From positions 1,380-65,379 of the forward strand of contig CANMTO010000008.1 of the NCBI GenBank assembly GCA_947500755.1: a DNA stretch of 64,000 bases. The letters run 5' to 3'. Below the pieces are notes generated by a model. The model was not told the DNA's origin. It did not search any database and worked only from the letters and a program-made list of their open reading frames with translations. The position numbers were made by a program, and so were the translations under genes. Of the stretch, positions 62,764-64,000 are shown one piece after another (position 1 is the first letter of the stretch; every line of letters starts with the position of its first letter). Origin of the DNA: Flavobacteriales bacterium (GTDB taxonomy: Bacteria > Bacteroidota > Bacteroidia > Flavobacteriales_D > Crocinitomicaceae).

Positions 62764-64000
62764 ATGAAATGGTCTGGTCTATTTTTACTGTTTATAGTTA
62801 GTTTTTCTATCGCATACGCGCAAGAATGCACCTTTGATTACTATAACAAAAAAGGTGGCCATTACTTATTTTCCACGTACTATAACAATGACCAATCCAT
62901 TAGAGAAGGTGTCTGTGAACGAACGGATGGCACGCAGGTCTATGAAAAAAGAGTGTTTCAAAAAGGTCATATCATCTCTGAAGAATTAAACCATTACAAT
63001 GATGGGAAATTTACCCCTCGAACACGAACCACATTAAATCATCACGCAAAAAAAGGGAAACCTATTGGTGAATTAAAACAATTTAATGAACAAGGTACCT
63101 TGATGATACTCTGGGAATTCTACAACGATGAAAGTGGTCGGCGCCGCTATAGGAGTACAGAATTTCATATTAACGGAAAATTGCGCTTCATTCATGAGTA
63201 CGCCTTCATTCGATTAAGTGAAATTGATTCCTTCAACAGAAAGGACCATCCACCTCACACCGTTGATGATTTTGCTTATTCAAGCCTGATCGTTCCCTAT
63301 GGTAAACATACATGGTACAATGACCAGGGAGTACTGATTAAAGAAGAATCGTATGACAAGTTGTCCTTCTATGACCAAGATGCCCAACACCTGCTCCACG
63401 GAACGTATACGGAATACCACGATAATGGAAAAATTAGAACGCAAGGGCAATACAAGGAAGGTAATCCGGATGGCCTTTGGTTTCATTCCCACTACAATGG
63501 GAAACTTTATGAAACAGGAACCTACAAGGACAACATCAAGGACAGTCTTTGGCGTCAGTGGGATGACCAAGGCAGACTCACAAAAGAATCAATTTATACG
63601 CGACAAGCAAACAACCCCTTTGCTCCGGTGTGGGAAAAAGAATATAATGCGGCGGGACAGCTAATTCACTCGAAAGTAATCGATCAAAAAAATCAGGCAA
63701 TTCTTCAAGATTGGTCTCCTGAAGGTAAATTAATACGGTATGTAGTATTTAATAACGGTTCCCAAATGAATTGGACCAACACCGACTATCGAATTTTTGA
63801 AAAACAATGGTATGAAAATGGCCAATTGAAGGAGTGTTCTCAAAAATATTCTGATACGGCCTATGTAAGTTACTTCCGAAATGGACAGATGGAACGACTA
63901 AATATTGCCTATTGGAAAGATACGGTGCATTTTTCCATGCAAAAACTGTGGGATATCCTTGGAACGCTTAGCTCCGAAACCGTTGGATCATCATCGTTCC
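62764..64000 (+). CDS. Secreted MORN-variant repeat protein (YwqK-family-like), 3' end beyond the window
   Basis: Not in the ORF track (no in-window stop). ATG 62764 gives MKWSGLFLLFIVSFSIAYAQECTFDYYNKKGG.... It contains repeats such as GTYTEYHDNGKIRTQGQYKEGNPDGLWFHSHYNGKL and is open to base 64000. Confidence 0.75.
   Translation, partial: MKWSGLFLLFIVSFSIAYAQECTFDYYNKKGGHYLFSTYYNNDQSIREGVCERTDGTQVYEKRVFQKGHIISEELNHYNDGKFTPRTRTTLNHHAKKGKPIGELKQFNEQGTLMILWEFYNDESGRRRYRSTEFHINGKLRFIHEYAFIRLSEIDSFNRKDHPPHTVDDFAYSSLIVPYGKHTWYNDQGVLIKEESYDKLSFYDQDAQHLLHGTYTEYHDNGKIRTQGQYKEGNPDGLWFHSHYNGKLYETGTYKDNIKDSLWRQWDDQGRLTKESIYTRQANNPFAPVWEKEYNAAGQLIHSKVIDQKNQAILQDWSPEGKLIRYVVFNNGSQMNWTNTDYRIFEKQWYENGQLKECSQKYSDTAYVSYFRNGQMERLNIAYWKDTVHFSMQKLWDILGTLSSETVGSSSF

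Noticed and set aside
1-64000. Window-wide scan for CRISPR arrays, IS elements/transposases, integrases, prophage genes, tRNA and rRNA
   Set aside because: I found no regularly spaced direct repeats outside coding repeats. No DDE or tyrosine/serine recombinase motifs appear in any ORF. Apart from the rnpB gap, the longest non-coding stretch is the 323-nt spacer at 5021-5343, which I scanned directly and which shows no tRNA- or rRNA-like sequence; the remaining spacers are about 140 nt or shorter.

Overview
This is a 64 kb chromosomal segment from a Bacteroidota genome, probably Flavobacteriia-like. Support: T9SS type A and type B C-terminal sorting domains, PorP/SprF genes, TAnnTTTG -7 boxes, and very tight gene packing with many 1-22 nt overlaps. 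I count about 48 protein genes plus one RNA gene, the RNase P RNA on the minus strand at 37435-37819, which fills the only ORF-free gap. Housekeeping genes (recJ, truA, fabD, ribF, rlmH, yidD, an asnB-type amidotransferase, an OSBS/menC-like gene, a cell-wall amidase, MlaD, an LptD-like gene, S8 and S46 peptidases) are interspersed with an unusually high density of secreted or T9SS-cargo proteins. I saw no transposase, integrase, phage gene, CRISPR array, tRNA or rRNA, so this is not an obvious mobile island. The most unusual element is at the left edge. A minus-strand ORF of more than 1670 codons (1-5020) is missing from the ORF track because it runs off the window. It encodes a giant secreted protein with at least 7 Ig-like spacers, two unassigned modules and three glycine-rich domains. 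The last of these (203-1000) matches the metazoan ALK/LTK ligand-binding TNF-like/glycine-rich region motif for motif. Other points worth a second look: two T9SS type-B cargo/PorP-SprF modules, one with a translationally coupled PD40-OmpA gene and an extra 5-TM gene; a DsrMK/Hdr-like membrane Fe-S pair followed by a small CxxC protein; an orphan ABC ATPase coupled to a YihY membrane protein; a coupled Wzy-like/AsnB/OSBS trio next to a GT2 synthase with a periplasmic N-domain; a DUF3127 protein with an SSB-like acidic tip; and an SF1B helicase with a very large insertion. A second partial ORF (62764-64000, +) is also missing from the track. All family calls rest on motif recognition in hand-checked translations. 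No database search or structure prediction was run.
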